DNA of 63,941 nt, filler included, from Octopus bimaculoides (Eukaryota), in NCBI RefSeq assembly GCF_001194135.2. It is 7 parts of 7 records of this genome, joined end to end, with 100 filler letters (N's around TTAATTAATTAA, not from the genome) between each part and the next. Parts side by side here need not be neighbours in the genome. Positions count along the whole stretch, not along the records: positions 38,996 to 55,460 come from NC_068985.1; positions 55,561 to 62,519 come from NC_068999.1; positions 62,620 to 63,941 come from NW_026351216.1; 4 more parts are not named here. One strand, given 5' to 3'. A model generated the notes under the pieces. The model was not told the DNA's origin. It saw nothing but the letters and a program-made list of their open reading frames with translations, and did not search any database. This document shows, one piece after another, positions 51,614 through 63,941 of the stretch (its first letter is position 1; each line of letters starts with the position of its first letter). Made by a program: the position numbers and the translations under genes.

Positions 51614-51745
51614 GATAGTAGGGGTTCACTCCCCTGCTTGCAATATACTGTATATCAGGATAGTAGGGGTTCACTCCCCTGCTTGCAATATACTGTATAT
51701 CAGGATAGTAGGGGTTCACACCCCTGCTTGCAATATACTGTATAA
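51614..51745 (+). repeat. 45-bp tandem repeat, three copies, each with an internal hairpin
   Basis: gatagtaggggttcactcccctgcttgcaatatactgtatatcag. Stem AGUAGGGG/CCCCUGCU. Confidence 0.95.
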
Positions 51746-52425
51746 CCAGCTGGAGGAAGCGTCTTCCTAGAATTAAAAGTAGCAGTAGCGTCAGTTGCTA
51801 AGGAACAGCCATATTTAAGTGGTGGTCTTGTTTTTATGCGATTGTCTTGAAACAGGTTAATTTCCAGCTGTGACTTTGCGCATAAGATTAATTTTCCACT
51901 CAGTATGCTGTAACTATTTCACCTTAATTAATTCACTTGTATTCGGTACCACTCTTAGATCTATCCACCAGCTAAAAACAACAAAAAATCCACCCCACCA
52001 CCACCACCAATAAAAAAAAAAACGAAAACAACACCGTCAAGAATTCACAGAGTGAAAGACACTTGAAAGCATAGTCACTAGCTTGCTTACGAACCACAAG
52101 GTTCCGGTTTCAGTCCCTCTGCATAGCACCTTGGGCAAGTGTCTTCTACTATAGCCTCAGGCTGACCAAAGCCTTGTGCTTGGATTTGGTAGACGGAAAC
52201 TGAAAGAAGCCCATCGTATATATGTATGTGTGTGTGTCTGTGTTTGTCCCCCCACGATCGCTTGACAACCGATGCTGGTGTGTTTACGTCCCTGTAACTT
52301 AGCGGTTTGGCAAAAGGGACTGATAGAATAAGTACTAGGCTTACAAAGAATAAGTCTTGGGGTCCTCGACTAAAGGCGGTGTTTTGATGTCCATTTCTCT
52401 ATGCTGAACTGAGAGGTCACAAGTA

Positions 52426-52681
52426 TAGGGTTGGTGCATAATTATTGCAGCATTTTTGCAACAAATTTTATTCAACAAAAACAATAACAATATTTAACAA
52501 AAACAGCTTTAAATGACGGTCTGACCGTCTGCCAAGCAAATGGGAAGCAGTAATTGAATTAGATGGTGAATATGCTCCAGAATAATCATTTAGAGATGTT
52601 TTTGTTACATGTTATTGTTGTTTTAGTTGAATAAAATTTGTTGAAAAAAAAAAAAGCTGAAATAATTATGCACCAACCCAA
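52426..52681 (+). mobile_element. Mariner internal-deletion derivative
   Basis: TA-flanked TIRs (t)agggttggtgcataattatt / aataattatgcaccaacccaa. Retains the transposase C-terminus DRLPSKWEAVIELDGEYAPE*. Confidence 0.85.
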
Positions 52682-53189
52682 TACAACACAACACTATCAT
52701 TCTCAAATTTACATTATCTTTTTTCTTGAACTTGTTTCAGTCTTTGCATTGTTGCCATGCTGGAATACTGCCTAAAAGGTTTTAATTAAACAAATCTACT
52801 CCAGTATTAAGTTTTAAGGCTGGTACTTACTCTGTTGCTTTCTTTTGCTAAACCATTAGGATGTAAGCAAACCAATGTCGGTTGTCTAGTGGCGGTGGAG
52901 GTGGTGGACACGCACACACATGCACATATACAAAATGATGGGCTTCTGCACAATTTCCATCCATCAAATCCACTCACAAGCTTTGAGTTCTACTGGGCCT
53001 ATATTTGAAGATACTTGCTCAAGGTGCTGCACAGTGGGACTGAACCTAAGACCACATGGTTGGAAAGCAAACCCCTAACCACACAGCTATGCCTGCACCT
53101 ATCCATGTCTGCACAAAAAGCCTTGTCTAACTATTTTTTAATCCTCCAGAGACTATATTCGTCATCTTGGCTGAGACAAAATTTTGTTT

Positions 53190-53491
53190 AAAATTCTCTT
53201 CCCCAGATCTGAGATTATATTGCAAGACAACGCCAGACTGCAGGAGTTGGAACTGGATGTTCTCCATCATCCACCATTCTCACCTGATCTTACCCCTACT
53301 GACTACCACTTCTTCCAGAATTTGGATAACTTTTTAATAGGAAAAAATTCTAATTCCGACAATGTTGTAAAACTGGCCTTCCAAGATTTTATTGACTCTA
53401 GATTGCGAGGCTTTTAAAGTTCCGGGCTGGACAAGCTACTGCTGAAATAGCAAAAGTGTATTGATAATATGGGTGCATACTTTGATGAATA
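53190..53491 (+). pseudogene. Mariner transposase 3' fragment
   Basis: LQDNAR...HPPFSPDLTPTDYHFFQNLDNFL...QKCIDNMGAYFDE*. Confidence 0.9.
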
Positions 53492-54083
53492 AAACTATTG
53501 CTAGTATTTATAAAACACTAGCAAATTTTTTTTCTTTTCTACAAATTTCATACTTGATGACATGGAGGAAGTAAAACTCTGGTGTGTCTCATTAATTTCT
53601 CTTCTTTCAACTTTTCCTAGAAGAAAATCTGTCCGAAAAGTTGGACATTCCATTTCTCTCGGCAAGTTCACTGCAGTCTCTCTCTCTCTCTATCTATCCA
53701 TTTGTATTATATGTATACGAACGTACAAGGGAGTTCAATACCTATGTGGAGATACTACACTATGTGAAGATCCTATAGTGAATATTTGGAGAGTAAATAT
53801 TCACTAAAGAAACTATTTTCTCCTAAATCTTCGAAACTTTCTAATGAATCCACATTCTCATCACTGAGACAAAATAATATTCAATAGCAAAATGCTACAA
53901 TGTTTACGACATATCCATTAAATGATAAGTGAGTTCATTTTATTAAATATATATAACATGAGAAAACAGCCAGATATATACATTTCTTTTATTTGAATAG
54001 AAAACCACATGTGAATTTAACAGAAAAATGTGTGAATATATACATAAAAAATATATAATCTGTATATATACCTTTTTTTTGTG

Positions 54084-54120
<37 letters not shown>

Positions 54121-54196
54121 CATATTAGTAGTAAAATAATTACAAAGAGATAAATAAATTTTTTTAATACAAGAAAATTAAATGAAAAGAATAATG

Positions 54197-54601
54197 GGTA
54201 ATTGTTCAGTTTAGGGATATTAAGAAAGTAAATAAAAATTAAGGGGGAGGTAAAGAGATATAAACAAGTCAACTTATTGTTAAACAACTAATACTGTAGT
54301 AAGGTAACATGACAAATTACAATTTTCGCACGTGCATAAATTTATAATTAGTCAACGCAGTGCCAACCACTGAAGAACTTGTGATTTGGCTAATTGGGTA
54401 ATATTCCAAGATTGATTTCACGGTTGACGATTTCAATTTCAGGAACAATGAATTGTGGTCCCGCTGGTCTTCTACGTGCCATTGTGATCAATTACAAAGA
54501 TAATATCCAGTATTTATGTTGACTTATGTATGTCCCTTTAGTAGTAATCTCTCCCTTAATTTTTATTTACTTTTTAAGTATCCCTAAACTGAACAATAAC
54601 C
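54197..54601. mobile_element. Merlin-type MITE (405 bp)
   Basis: About 53-bp TIRs beginning GGT(A/T)ATTGTTCAGT. Perfect 8-bp TSD GAATAATG at 54189-54196 and 54602-54609. Confidence 0.8.
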
Positions 54602-55140
54602 GAATAATGTTCAGTTCATATTTTTGTCGCAGCTGATGTATATAGTGTGAGTGCATATGTATCAGTGTGTGGCCGTTCAAGTCTTTGACCGGAAAGATAT
54701 AAACGGCAAGAGGCTGGCTGTAAAAGTCGAAGCAGTGACATAAGTCGTTTGAAAACTGTCATTTGTGTGGGTTACTTAATGTACAATGACTCAACCATTA
54801 ACGTGCAAAACGATATGACTGAAGAAAAATATCTTAGGGTAACGTACTGCATTCAAAATACGTGTATGATTAATGCCCGTTGTTTTACCAGTCAGCAATG
54901 AGGGCAAAACCCACACTCATCTATATTTTCCCTAAATATGCATTCTGATTTTAAAGCAGTTATCTCCCTTCTATTTTAAAATACCTCATAAATCTCTGTT
55001 ACTTGTTGGAATAAATCCAATCATATATACATTTAATATACAATTTTCCTTCTGCCTTAAAGCTGATATTGAAAACCAGCATGACATTATTCCTGATATA
55101 GATAGATATATGTATATATACACATACAAGCACAAACTCT

Positions 55141-55181
<41 letters not shown>

Positions 55182-55210
55182 TTGAAGAAAATCAACAAAA
55201 AATCATTAGG

Positions 55211-55460
55211 TTATAGCAGTACGTACGTTTCGTACAAACTTCATTTATTTATGTAGTGAGAACACCACATAAGATGTGCAATGAAAATGTACTCCCCAGC
55301 TGCATAATGGAAGTTCATAACATCCCAGTCAAGATGGTATTTTCTTCATCTCCTTCTCTTGTATTTGCACACATCTACAAAATGACTTTCTGAAATGAAC
55401 TTCCATTATGCAGCTGAGGAGTACATTTTCATTGCACATCTTATGTGGTGTTCTCACTAC
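55211..55460. ncRNA. Inverted pair of hammerhead motifs with long stem II (left copy 55211-55307 minus; right copy plus, cut by a spacer)
   Basis: GCAG CUG(A/G)GGA GUAC...GUAC GAA ACGUACGU A/CUGC. 66-bp arms at 55253-55318 and 55395-55460 differ at one base, core position 6. Confidence 0.75.
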
Positions 55461-55560
55461 NNNNNNNNNNNNNNNNNNNNNNNNNNNNNNNNNNNNNNNN
55501 NNNNTTAATTAATTAANNNNNNNNNNNNNNNNNNNNNNNNNNNNNNNNNNNNNNNNNNNN
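55461..55560. other. Artificial scaffold spacer 5
   Basis: Linker at 55505-55516. Confidence 0.95.
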
Positions 55561-56447
55561 ATATATATATGTATGTATGTATGTATGTATGCATATTCAG
55601 TTACACAAGTGTATTGTGAAATTATAATTCATAGAGGCTATGGATGTTATATGAACTAAATTCAAGCGACCATTCAATATAACAGTTTATAACATATTTA
55701 GTTTCATTTATCATAACAACGATAATAATAATAAGAACAACAACAACGATAATATTAATAATAATAATTATCATTAATAATATTACAGTTATCATATACA
55801 AACGGAGTACACGATATGAAGAGGAAATACTTATTTGCTTTTAGTTAAATTCTATTAAAAATCAGTAGCACTTAATTCAGTAAGAAGTTATGCGCTTGTG
55901 AACTGAAGCCTCGTCGATTTCCAAGTAATATTACATATTTGCTATGACGCATGACAGGTAATTTTATAATAAATACATATGTCATTGTAACCATGAGGAT
56001 GATTACCATCGTCAGCACCCACTTGACTTGTTCACCTCATCATCATTATCAGGCTCATCATCAACATTAACAACATTATCATCATTAATAAGCGTATGAT
56101 GGATATGGTAGAGTTTAATGCGAAATATTCCATAATTAACTAAGATGTGTGTATTTAAATAAAAGGAAAAAAACAATGCTTGTGTGTATATGTGTGAGTG
56201 AGTTTGCGTGTAACGATGTTTGCTATTGGGTTCATATAAGAGGAACAAGAATGACTCTCTCAAATCTTGACTCGCAATATGGTCACATTGATTGAAGATC
56301 TCCCAATATTTTTTCCTTACGTATTTAACGGCATTAAACCCTTAACATTTATTGGGTCTTAAATTCCCTTGACACACGCATAAAACACATACGTACGCAC
56401 AAGCCACACATACTACACACATATATACACTAATACGCATATGTATG

Positions 56448-56512
<65 letters not shown>

Positions 56513-57689
56513 CTTGTTTAGCAACTTCTGATCAATGAAAAACATTTTATACAGAATAAGAGAGAATATGATATTAAAGTTGTAACATCATTTGAACATT
56601 TGACACATACCTACTTCTCTATCATATGTTCTTATATCTCGTAGAAATTGACTAGAATCTTCTTATATCCTCTCGGAATACTTTGTGGACGCGTATGGAC
56701 GCTACCACATAACGTTATATTAAAAAGTATGAGCGTTGAATTTAGTTTTTTGTCATATTCTTCATAGTTTAATTATAACTCATCGATAGCCTGCCTACTG
56801 TAATGCTCACTCTTGCAATCCATTGTGTCATTATAGTTCAATATTATTTTCCATTACATATAAAAATTTAGCTATAATAACAATTATATTATGAAACTCT
56901 CATGATATTTTCAAGCTAAAATTTACTTAGTTACCCATATATTTTTTCAAATGTTTTTACTTTATATAGAAGTCTGATTATATCATTTATCTCAAATTAT
57001 ATAAATTATACTTGTAGTAAATTATCTCAATACTTGCTCCACCTTAAGAAACAAGCAATATTTTCACCAATAAACTCCCTAAATACTCACTAACGGAGGA
57101 TATAAAATACTGTTCTAGCCTTAGTTGAGAGAAAATATTTATTCCACTTGAAATATCAACAACCAGGAAACGCAATCTGTCTGTTCATTTCTTGCTCAAC
57201 GAGTAATTTTCAAAACATTTTAATACTCAATTCCTCTTAAACACGTAGTGTAGGTATTTGAATTCGTTATCGAGATTTGATTTTTAGCTAACGCGCATCT
57301 AAAATTAAAATACTAGAAAGGATATTCATATATTGTAATCACATTAACAGCAAAATCACACTAACGGCAAAATGTAAAGTTGTTCAGAATGAGTGTTGAA
57401 TCCAAAAGATAAGCTTGTTTTGCCGTAAACCTCAACAAAGCACAGTACGTCTTCCCTCATATATCATTTATCTCACCTGCTAGGAAATATATATTTGATA
57501 TTGTTTATACATAGTGATTTTATTATCATTTTTATTTGATGATCTCTATGGTGTCGCCTGATATATTTTTATTGCAATTTCCTTAAGATTACTAAGGCAA
57601 AATTCAGGGCACGTACCATATTTGTCTCTTACTGGTTTTTAGAATTTGATTTTTGTATGTGTCCAGCGACATACTAACATCGTTTTGTT

Positions 57690-57787
57690 TACATTATTTA
57701 CAATTGACGGATATTTGTCCGGCATCTTGTTTGTTGTTAACACAACGTTTCATCTGGTATACCCTTCAGCCTTGATCAGGTGTCTTG

Positions 57788-57821
<34 letters not shown>

Positions 57822-57909
57822 TCATTCCCTGGAATCGAACTCAGAAACTTGGTGTTAAGAGCTCGGGTTAGTAATACCAAGATTCCGAGTTCGATACCAG
57901 GTAGTGACA

Positions 57910-57943
<34 letters not shown>

Positions 57944-58130
57944 CAACAACAACAACATCGAAAAATACATTAGGAACGAGAATCCAGGTTCGAAATTTCC
58001 GCAAGACACCTGATGAATGTTGGAGGGCATATCAACCAAAACGTTGTTTTAACAACAAAGATGAGGACAAATATAATTGTAAATAATGTAAATAATGTAC
58101 ATAATTCCTCATCTCTTAAATATAGAACTG
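57690..58130. mobile_element. Head-to-head dimer of S4 (tRNA head + hammerhead) elements
   Basis: Left copy minus with hammerhead at 57739-57784, right copy plus with hammerhead at 58005-58050. Both are homologous to 5184-5475. Confidence 0.8.
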
Positions 58131-58446
58131 TATCGTTTTGTTTTTTAGATATTCCAACCTATGATATCTAAAAGAGGTTTATCATTGATATGTTAACCCT
58201 GCATCACAAAGTTAATCTGTGAATCACATGGCAAGCACTTCCTGTTTGAAAGTTTATGAGTGAACTTAATTGCTTTTGCCAGGCACATAGTGCAAAATTA
58301 GAAATAATATGAAACGCAATTACATATGTTGATTAAACGATAACCTACCGAAACACGTATTATCAGCTTCCTAGTCATTACATATATAAATTATATATTA
58401 ATCCAACACGCTTTATTATGATCGCACCACTTATTATTATCTTCAA

Positions 58447-58525
<79 letters not shown>

Positions 58526-58759
58526 ACTCTTTGGTGTGCCAAATGTCTTTAATCAAAATGTATTCATATTCTCTTAGCAAAAAAAAATTGTTTGCCAATT
58601 ACTGGGTTACATTCAGTGAGGTATGTTAATGCGGAAATAAATATAACATTGGAAGGAATTATCGGACATTATTGCCAAGACATTTGACACAATTGCATTT
58701 AGAATATTATTAATCTTTAATGCAAATACCTATATACATACATATATACGTACATAAAT

Positions 58760-58803
<44 letters not shown>

Positions 58804-61800
58804 NNNNNNNNNNNNNNNNNNNNNNNNNNNNNNNNNNNNNNNNNNNNNNNNNNNNNNNNNNNNNNNNNNNNNNNNNNNNNNNNNNNNNNNNNNNNNNNNN
58901 NNNNNNNNNNNNNNNNNNNNNNNNNNNNNNNNNNNNNNNNNNNNNNNNNNNNNNNNNNNNNNNNNNNNNNNNNNNNNNNNNNNNNNNNNNNNNNNNNNNN
59001 NNNNNNNNNNNNNNNNNNNNNNNNNNNNNNNNNNNNNNNNNNNNNNNNNNNNNNNNNNNNATATTATTATTATTATTATTATTATATAATAGCTATGTAT
59101 CTATCTATGTAAAACATTAAGGAAATATTTACTGGAATCTTCGGCATTTCAATTCTGGCTTCAAACTCGGCGTGAACAGCTCTACATTTCTTCCGTTATG
59201 AAATTATATAATCAGTACTTTACGAAACACATGAGTAGATTTAATCACGTACACAAATGATCGTTGCACATTTTGGAAGTCAAAAGACATGTCCGTAAAC
59301 TATATGTTGTTATAGTTCCTTTTTTTTCTGTCATGAATTTATGCATAATTACCTCTTGGATATTTTAGACGATTTGAACTATTTTAGTTTAAATGACTTG
59401 AAGTATATATCGTAATGTTTACATTCAATGTATATATTTTCTCTTTTCATCAGAATGCTTCACTCACGTCATTTTATATGATAATCATTTTCACACATGC
59501 ACATTTTCTGAATGGATTGTAAGTATTTAATATTTTTGTATCCCCTATGACATTTTGAGGCTGGAACTCATAGGGTTAACAGCTTTTTGTGAACGTCGAA
59601 CAACATTCTTCCCTTGTGTAATGCCTAATATCTGGGGAATATTTGTATATATATATATATATAAGACGTTTATCGTGCATCGCCTATGTATCGAATGATC
59701 CAGCAACTAGTCACTGATGTTGTATATCTGAAATCTGAAGGTGAGATGGATCTTGACATCAGCGAATTCTCAAATTTGCCAGAGCAGTTAGCTTATTGTG
59801 TGATGTTGATTACAAAGATGATTAAGGAGGCGTTATTGTGCTGGTATTGGTTCAGAGCGTACATGTAGACAGTGTCGCTTATAGATATTTTCAGAGCTTA
59901 CGTGTAGACAGTGTCGCTTATGGATATTTTCTTCATTGCAGACCCTTCGATACATCATATATAACATAGTTATTTCAAAGATTATGCATTCGCGCATGTA
60001 TACTTTTATGCATGTTACTATGTTTATTACATATACAGTGGCTAATTAATATTTATTGCATTGTTTTTTTTTTAGTTCGAAATTCTGTTCAAATTATGGG
60101 TTTGAAATGTTTGCTTTTTATAGGAAATTATCTGATAAACAAGTGCATTTACTTTTAAATTATAGATTGTTAGATACTTGACATGGAAGTAATTACAGAA
60201 GGGGAAATTCTGATGAATAGAATCAATGCTGTTCCATATTTAATTTGAGTATTTCAACAGAATTTAGATTAATTTGCATACAATTGTGGGGTTTAGGTCT
60301 AAACTAACTAGATTGACAGTTATATTAAAGAAGAGTTAACATGAGTTCTGATTGCTTTCGCTTTATCTGAAATCTAAAACAATAGCATAACATTGGAAGT
60401 GGTTATATAAGTACAGGCTCCTTACTTCAACAAAACCATCCAAATCATTAAGTATTTAAGAATATGTCCAGCAATATCTTACCAATTAACTCAGCTAATG
60501 AACTCAAATCTTATTCTTCCAATTTTCTAATTGTACAAATAAACGATTAGTTTCAGATAAATTAAAGGGACATTGTCACAGATAACAATACACCGGTTGC
60601 TAAACAAAAATGAATATAACGTTTAGAATAGCATCACATTTTTGTTTAATAATAAAGATAAATTCAACGATGTTTTTAGTTACTTAGGAATCAACCAGTT
60701 AAACGCTTAGAATAAAAACAAAAATGGATAGGAAAATAAAGCAAGCACTTTGATCTTCAACGATATATTATAAATATGTATATTTACAAATTTCGTTTCG
60801 TAAGCTCTTGGCTGAAAGCCTGTAAGTATTTTAAACGAAATAATGATCCCTATATANNNNNNNNNNNNNNNNNNNNNNNNNNNNNNNNNNNNNNNNNNNN
60901 NNNNNNNNNNNNNNNNNNNNNNNNNNNNNNNNNNNNNNNNNNNNNNNNNNNNNNNNNNNNNNNNNNNNNNNNNNNNNNNNNNNNNNNNNNNNNNNNNNNN
61001 NNNNNNNNNNNNNNNNNNNNNNNNNNNNNNNNNNNNNNNNNNNNNNNNNNNNNNNNNNNNNNNNNNNNNNNNNNNNNNNNNNNNNNNNNNNNNNNNNNNN
61101 NNNNNNNNNNNNNNNNNNNNNNNNNNNNNNNNNNNNNNNNNNNNNNNNNNNNNNNNNNNNNNNNNNNNNNNNNNNNNNATATATATATATATACATAGAT
61201 GAATATAAATTTAAGTAATACACAAACACACACACATGAATAAAGAGCATCTCGCAACAAACAAAGGTATTTATTGTTTTTTTCGTGTCATTAAATTCAA
61301 ACGAAACGGATGTGTTAGTGAGTTCAAATTTATATCGATATATGAAATAACAATTCTTCATATTTTACAGTTCACTTATATTAATGATTTGTTGGTGTTG
61401 AAATAATTCTTACAATTCTAAATTAAAAACACTTCTTTCACTAAGTAATATACAGCCAAAAATCGTAATATTCTTGGCTTAATAATTCTGCAAGTATACC
61501 TTTGTGTCACTCTATTAGTCAATAAGAAAACAAATATTAATTTTTTTTTTTTACATTTAACATTTTTGTGTGTAAATTCAAATTAACATTCCGACGACAC
61601 TGGTATCATCCCNNNNNNNNNNATATATATATATATATATTAGGCATTTTCATCGACACGTTTTTCATTCATTTATACATGTATTTATAGACACACATAT
61701 ATATATATGTACACATATGCGCAGGTGCACACGCGCCCACACACACTCACACTCTCTCACATATATATATATATATATGCATATGTGTTTACATATGTGT

Positions 61801-62519
61801 ATGTCTATATTAACATATACAAATGGGAATTTATGTTTATGCCTGTGCATATATATATATATATATATATGCCTGCTCATATATATAAATATATATATTT
61901 ATGTACATATATATTATACATTATATATATATAATTTATATATGAGTGTATGTAGGTAGATACTTATGTATTTTTTTCAAAACTCTCAAAGAAAATGATG
62001 AACCAGCATTTAATTTAAATTTTAAAATGTCACTCCTGATAGCGTATGCTGTGCATAAAAACGCATTCTTATCATCAAGAGAAAAGAAAACAAAAGGAAA
62101 AATATATAATCATGTGCATTTTCTTGTCCCCACCCCCTTGGTTTTTCTTCCAAAAAAGATCATGATTTTTCGTTGAAAGTGATTGTTGTAATATATGCGA
62201 CAGAAATGTTTGTCAGTTCGTACAAAGTGAAAAAAAACAGTACTTTTTCTTTTCTTTTAGTTTCTGTTTTCAAAGTTTTAAATTCTATATCTGTTATGTT
62301 GGCATTCAATATTTATCTACACTTTTGCTTACTTTTCGAAGCGTTCATAAAACGCAACAGTGTGATTTGCGAAATATAAATGTTATTATTGTTTTATTTT
62401 ATCTCTGTTGGACGTAGTTCAACTAAGTCTTACACTCACACACCCTACACAATTATGCAAGCACGTTCACACATACGCACATATACACACATCCAGAAAT
62501 ATATATATATATATATATA

Positions 62520-62619
62520 NNNNNNNNNNNNNNNNNNNNNNNNNNNNNNNNNNNNNNNNNNNNTTAATTAATTAANNNNNNNNNNNNNNNNNNNNNNNNN
62601 NNNNNNNNNNNNNNNNNNN
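62520..62619. other. Artificial scaffold spacer 6
   Basis: Linker at 62564-62575. Confidence 0.95.
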
Positions 62620-62990
62620 AATGCCAACCACTCCAAGAGTGTAGTGGGTGCTTTTACGTGCCACAGGGATGAGGGCCAGTCAGGCTGTACTGGCAATGGC
62701 CATGCTCAAATGCTGTTTTTTACATGCTGCCTGCACAGGAGCCAGTCCAGCGGCACTGGCAATGACCTCGCTCGAATGTCTTTTCACATGCCACAGGCAC
62801 AAGTGCCAGTAAGGCGACGCTGGTAATGATCACGCTCAAATGGTGTTATTTACGTGCCATTGGCATGGAAGCCAGACAGCTGCTCTGGCAATGATCACGC
62901 TTGGATGGTGCTGTTAGCGCTCCATTGGCATGGGTGCCAGTCGTCGGATTTGGTTCGATTTCAATTTCGATTTCACTTGCCTCAACAACT
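62620..62990 (-). mobile_element. Fragment of the (GAT)n-tailed retroposon family with internal subrepeats
   Basis: Colinear with 43908-44400. Confidence 0.7.
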
Positions 62991-63008
62991 CTTCGCAAAT
63001 CGTTTTAA

Positions 63009-63486
63009 CCATTTTGCTACCATATTTCTGGTGCTAAAATACATTAATTACCTTTGTTTCAATTAATTTTGATAATTATGAAGAATTTAGTAAAATAACT
63101 TTGCATTTTACTGGTGTGAAACAAATTAACGCAAAATTTCAATGGAAGGTTTTAATTTAGATCACTTTGTGAACATAAATTAACATTAAATTTTGATGAA
63201 AGCAGAAAATTTGGATCATAAACCCAGGGTAATTCTCATGCATTTTGGTATCAAAACGGTTAACTTTTTCATTATCATATTTCTGGTAAAATTCACTGCT
63301 TTTGTTTTTATTTAATTTTGATAATAATGAAAAATTTTTAGTGAAATAATTTTGTTGTTATTAAACTAGTTTGAGACATAAATTAACATGGAATTTTAAT
63401 AGGTTGTAATTTAGATTTCTTTAAAACATGAAGTTTGTATCATAGAATCATCAGAGGCAGTCTCAGACAGAATAATGTCAAAAGGG
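63009..63486. mobile_element. Two related piggyBac-type MITEs in tandem sharing one TTAA (63009-63259 and 63264-63486)
   Basis: TTAA|CCATTTTGCTACCA...TGGTATCAAAACGG|TTAA|CTTTTTCATTATC...GTCAAAAGGG|TTAA. The interiors share motifs. Confidence 0.65.
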
Positions 63487-63496
63487 TTAATTCAAG

Positions 63497-63669
63497 GTCG
63501 TCGTCATCATCGTCGTCATCGTCGTCATCGTATCATCATCATCGTCATCATAATCACCGTCATCGTCATCGTCACCGTTATCGTCACCATCATCATCATC
63601 ATCATCATCATCATCATTGTGTTATCATCATCATTGTGTCATCATCATTATCACCATGTCGTCATCATC

Positions 63670-63701
<32 letters not shown>

Positions 63702-63941
63702 TGTCATTGTCATCAACATTGTCATCATCATCATCGTCATCGTAATCGCCATCATCATCAACCTCATTGACACATCATCACCACCATCATCATCATCATC
63801 AACAACTTTATTGTTATCATAATCATCATCATCATCAACCACATTGACATTATCATCATCACCACTACCACCACCGCCACCACCACCACCACCACTACCT
63901 TCATCATCATCAGCAGCAGCATCAAGCACATTATCATCAAC
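63497..63941. repeat. Degenerate (CAT)n/(CAC)n trinucleotide tract
   Basis: Direct reading. Gives the poly-His, poly-Ile and poly-Asp pseudo-ORFs. Confidence 0.95.

Noticed and set aside
51614-51745. CRISPR-like array (hairpin repeats)
   Set aside because: Units are contiguous with no unique spacers, no cas genes are present, and the context is eukaryotic.
53770-53870. Short minus-strand terminal exon (DENVDSLESFEDLGENSFFSEYLLSKYSL*), and a 41-nt plus-strand GC-donor exon near 53620
   Set aside because: Too short, no partner exons or homology recognised, and compatible with chance.

Overview
AT-rich, microsatellite- and SINE-dense animal genomic DNA. The repeat families and protein fragments point to a mollusc, most likely an octopus (inference). 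The window is probably not one continuous locus. Six identical 100-bp spacers (N44-TTAATTAATTAA-N44, a palindrome with stops in all six frames) split it into seven pieces: 1-17295, 17396-24390, 24491-33125, 33226-38895, 38996-55460, 55561-62519 and 62620-63941. Almost all ORFs in the supplied track are microsatellite or N-gap artefacts. Real coding sequence is confined to isolated spliceosomal exons: an NMDA receptor GluN2/Nmdar2 pore exon (M2-M3, SYTANLAAF), an SLC22-type terminal exon, a convergent alpha-arrestin terminal exon, three in-phase exons building a C-terminal PH domain, and two unidentified minus-strand exons. The rest is mobile DNA: tRNA-derived SINEs, R4/Dong, CR1-group and RTE-like LINE fragments, mariner and Merlin remnants, and hAT-, piggyBac- and Merlin-type MITEs. 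The most striking signal is a set of minimal type I hammerhead ribozyme motifs of the Penelope/retrozyme kind (CUGANGA...GAAA, palindromic stem III, NUH site). They occur in four unrelated sequence families, plus two weaker candidates. One family is a 353-bp tandem monomer and another is a tRNA-headed SINE. At four loci the motifs form divergent inverted pairs. All ribozyme calls are from manual folding and are untested.
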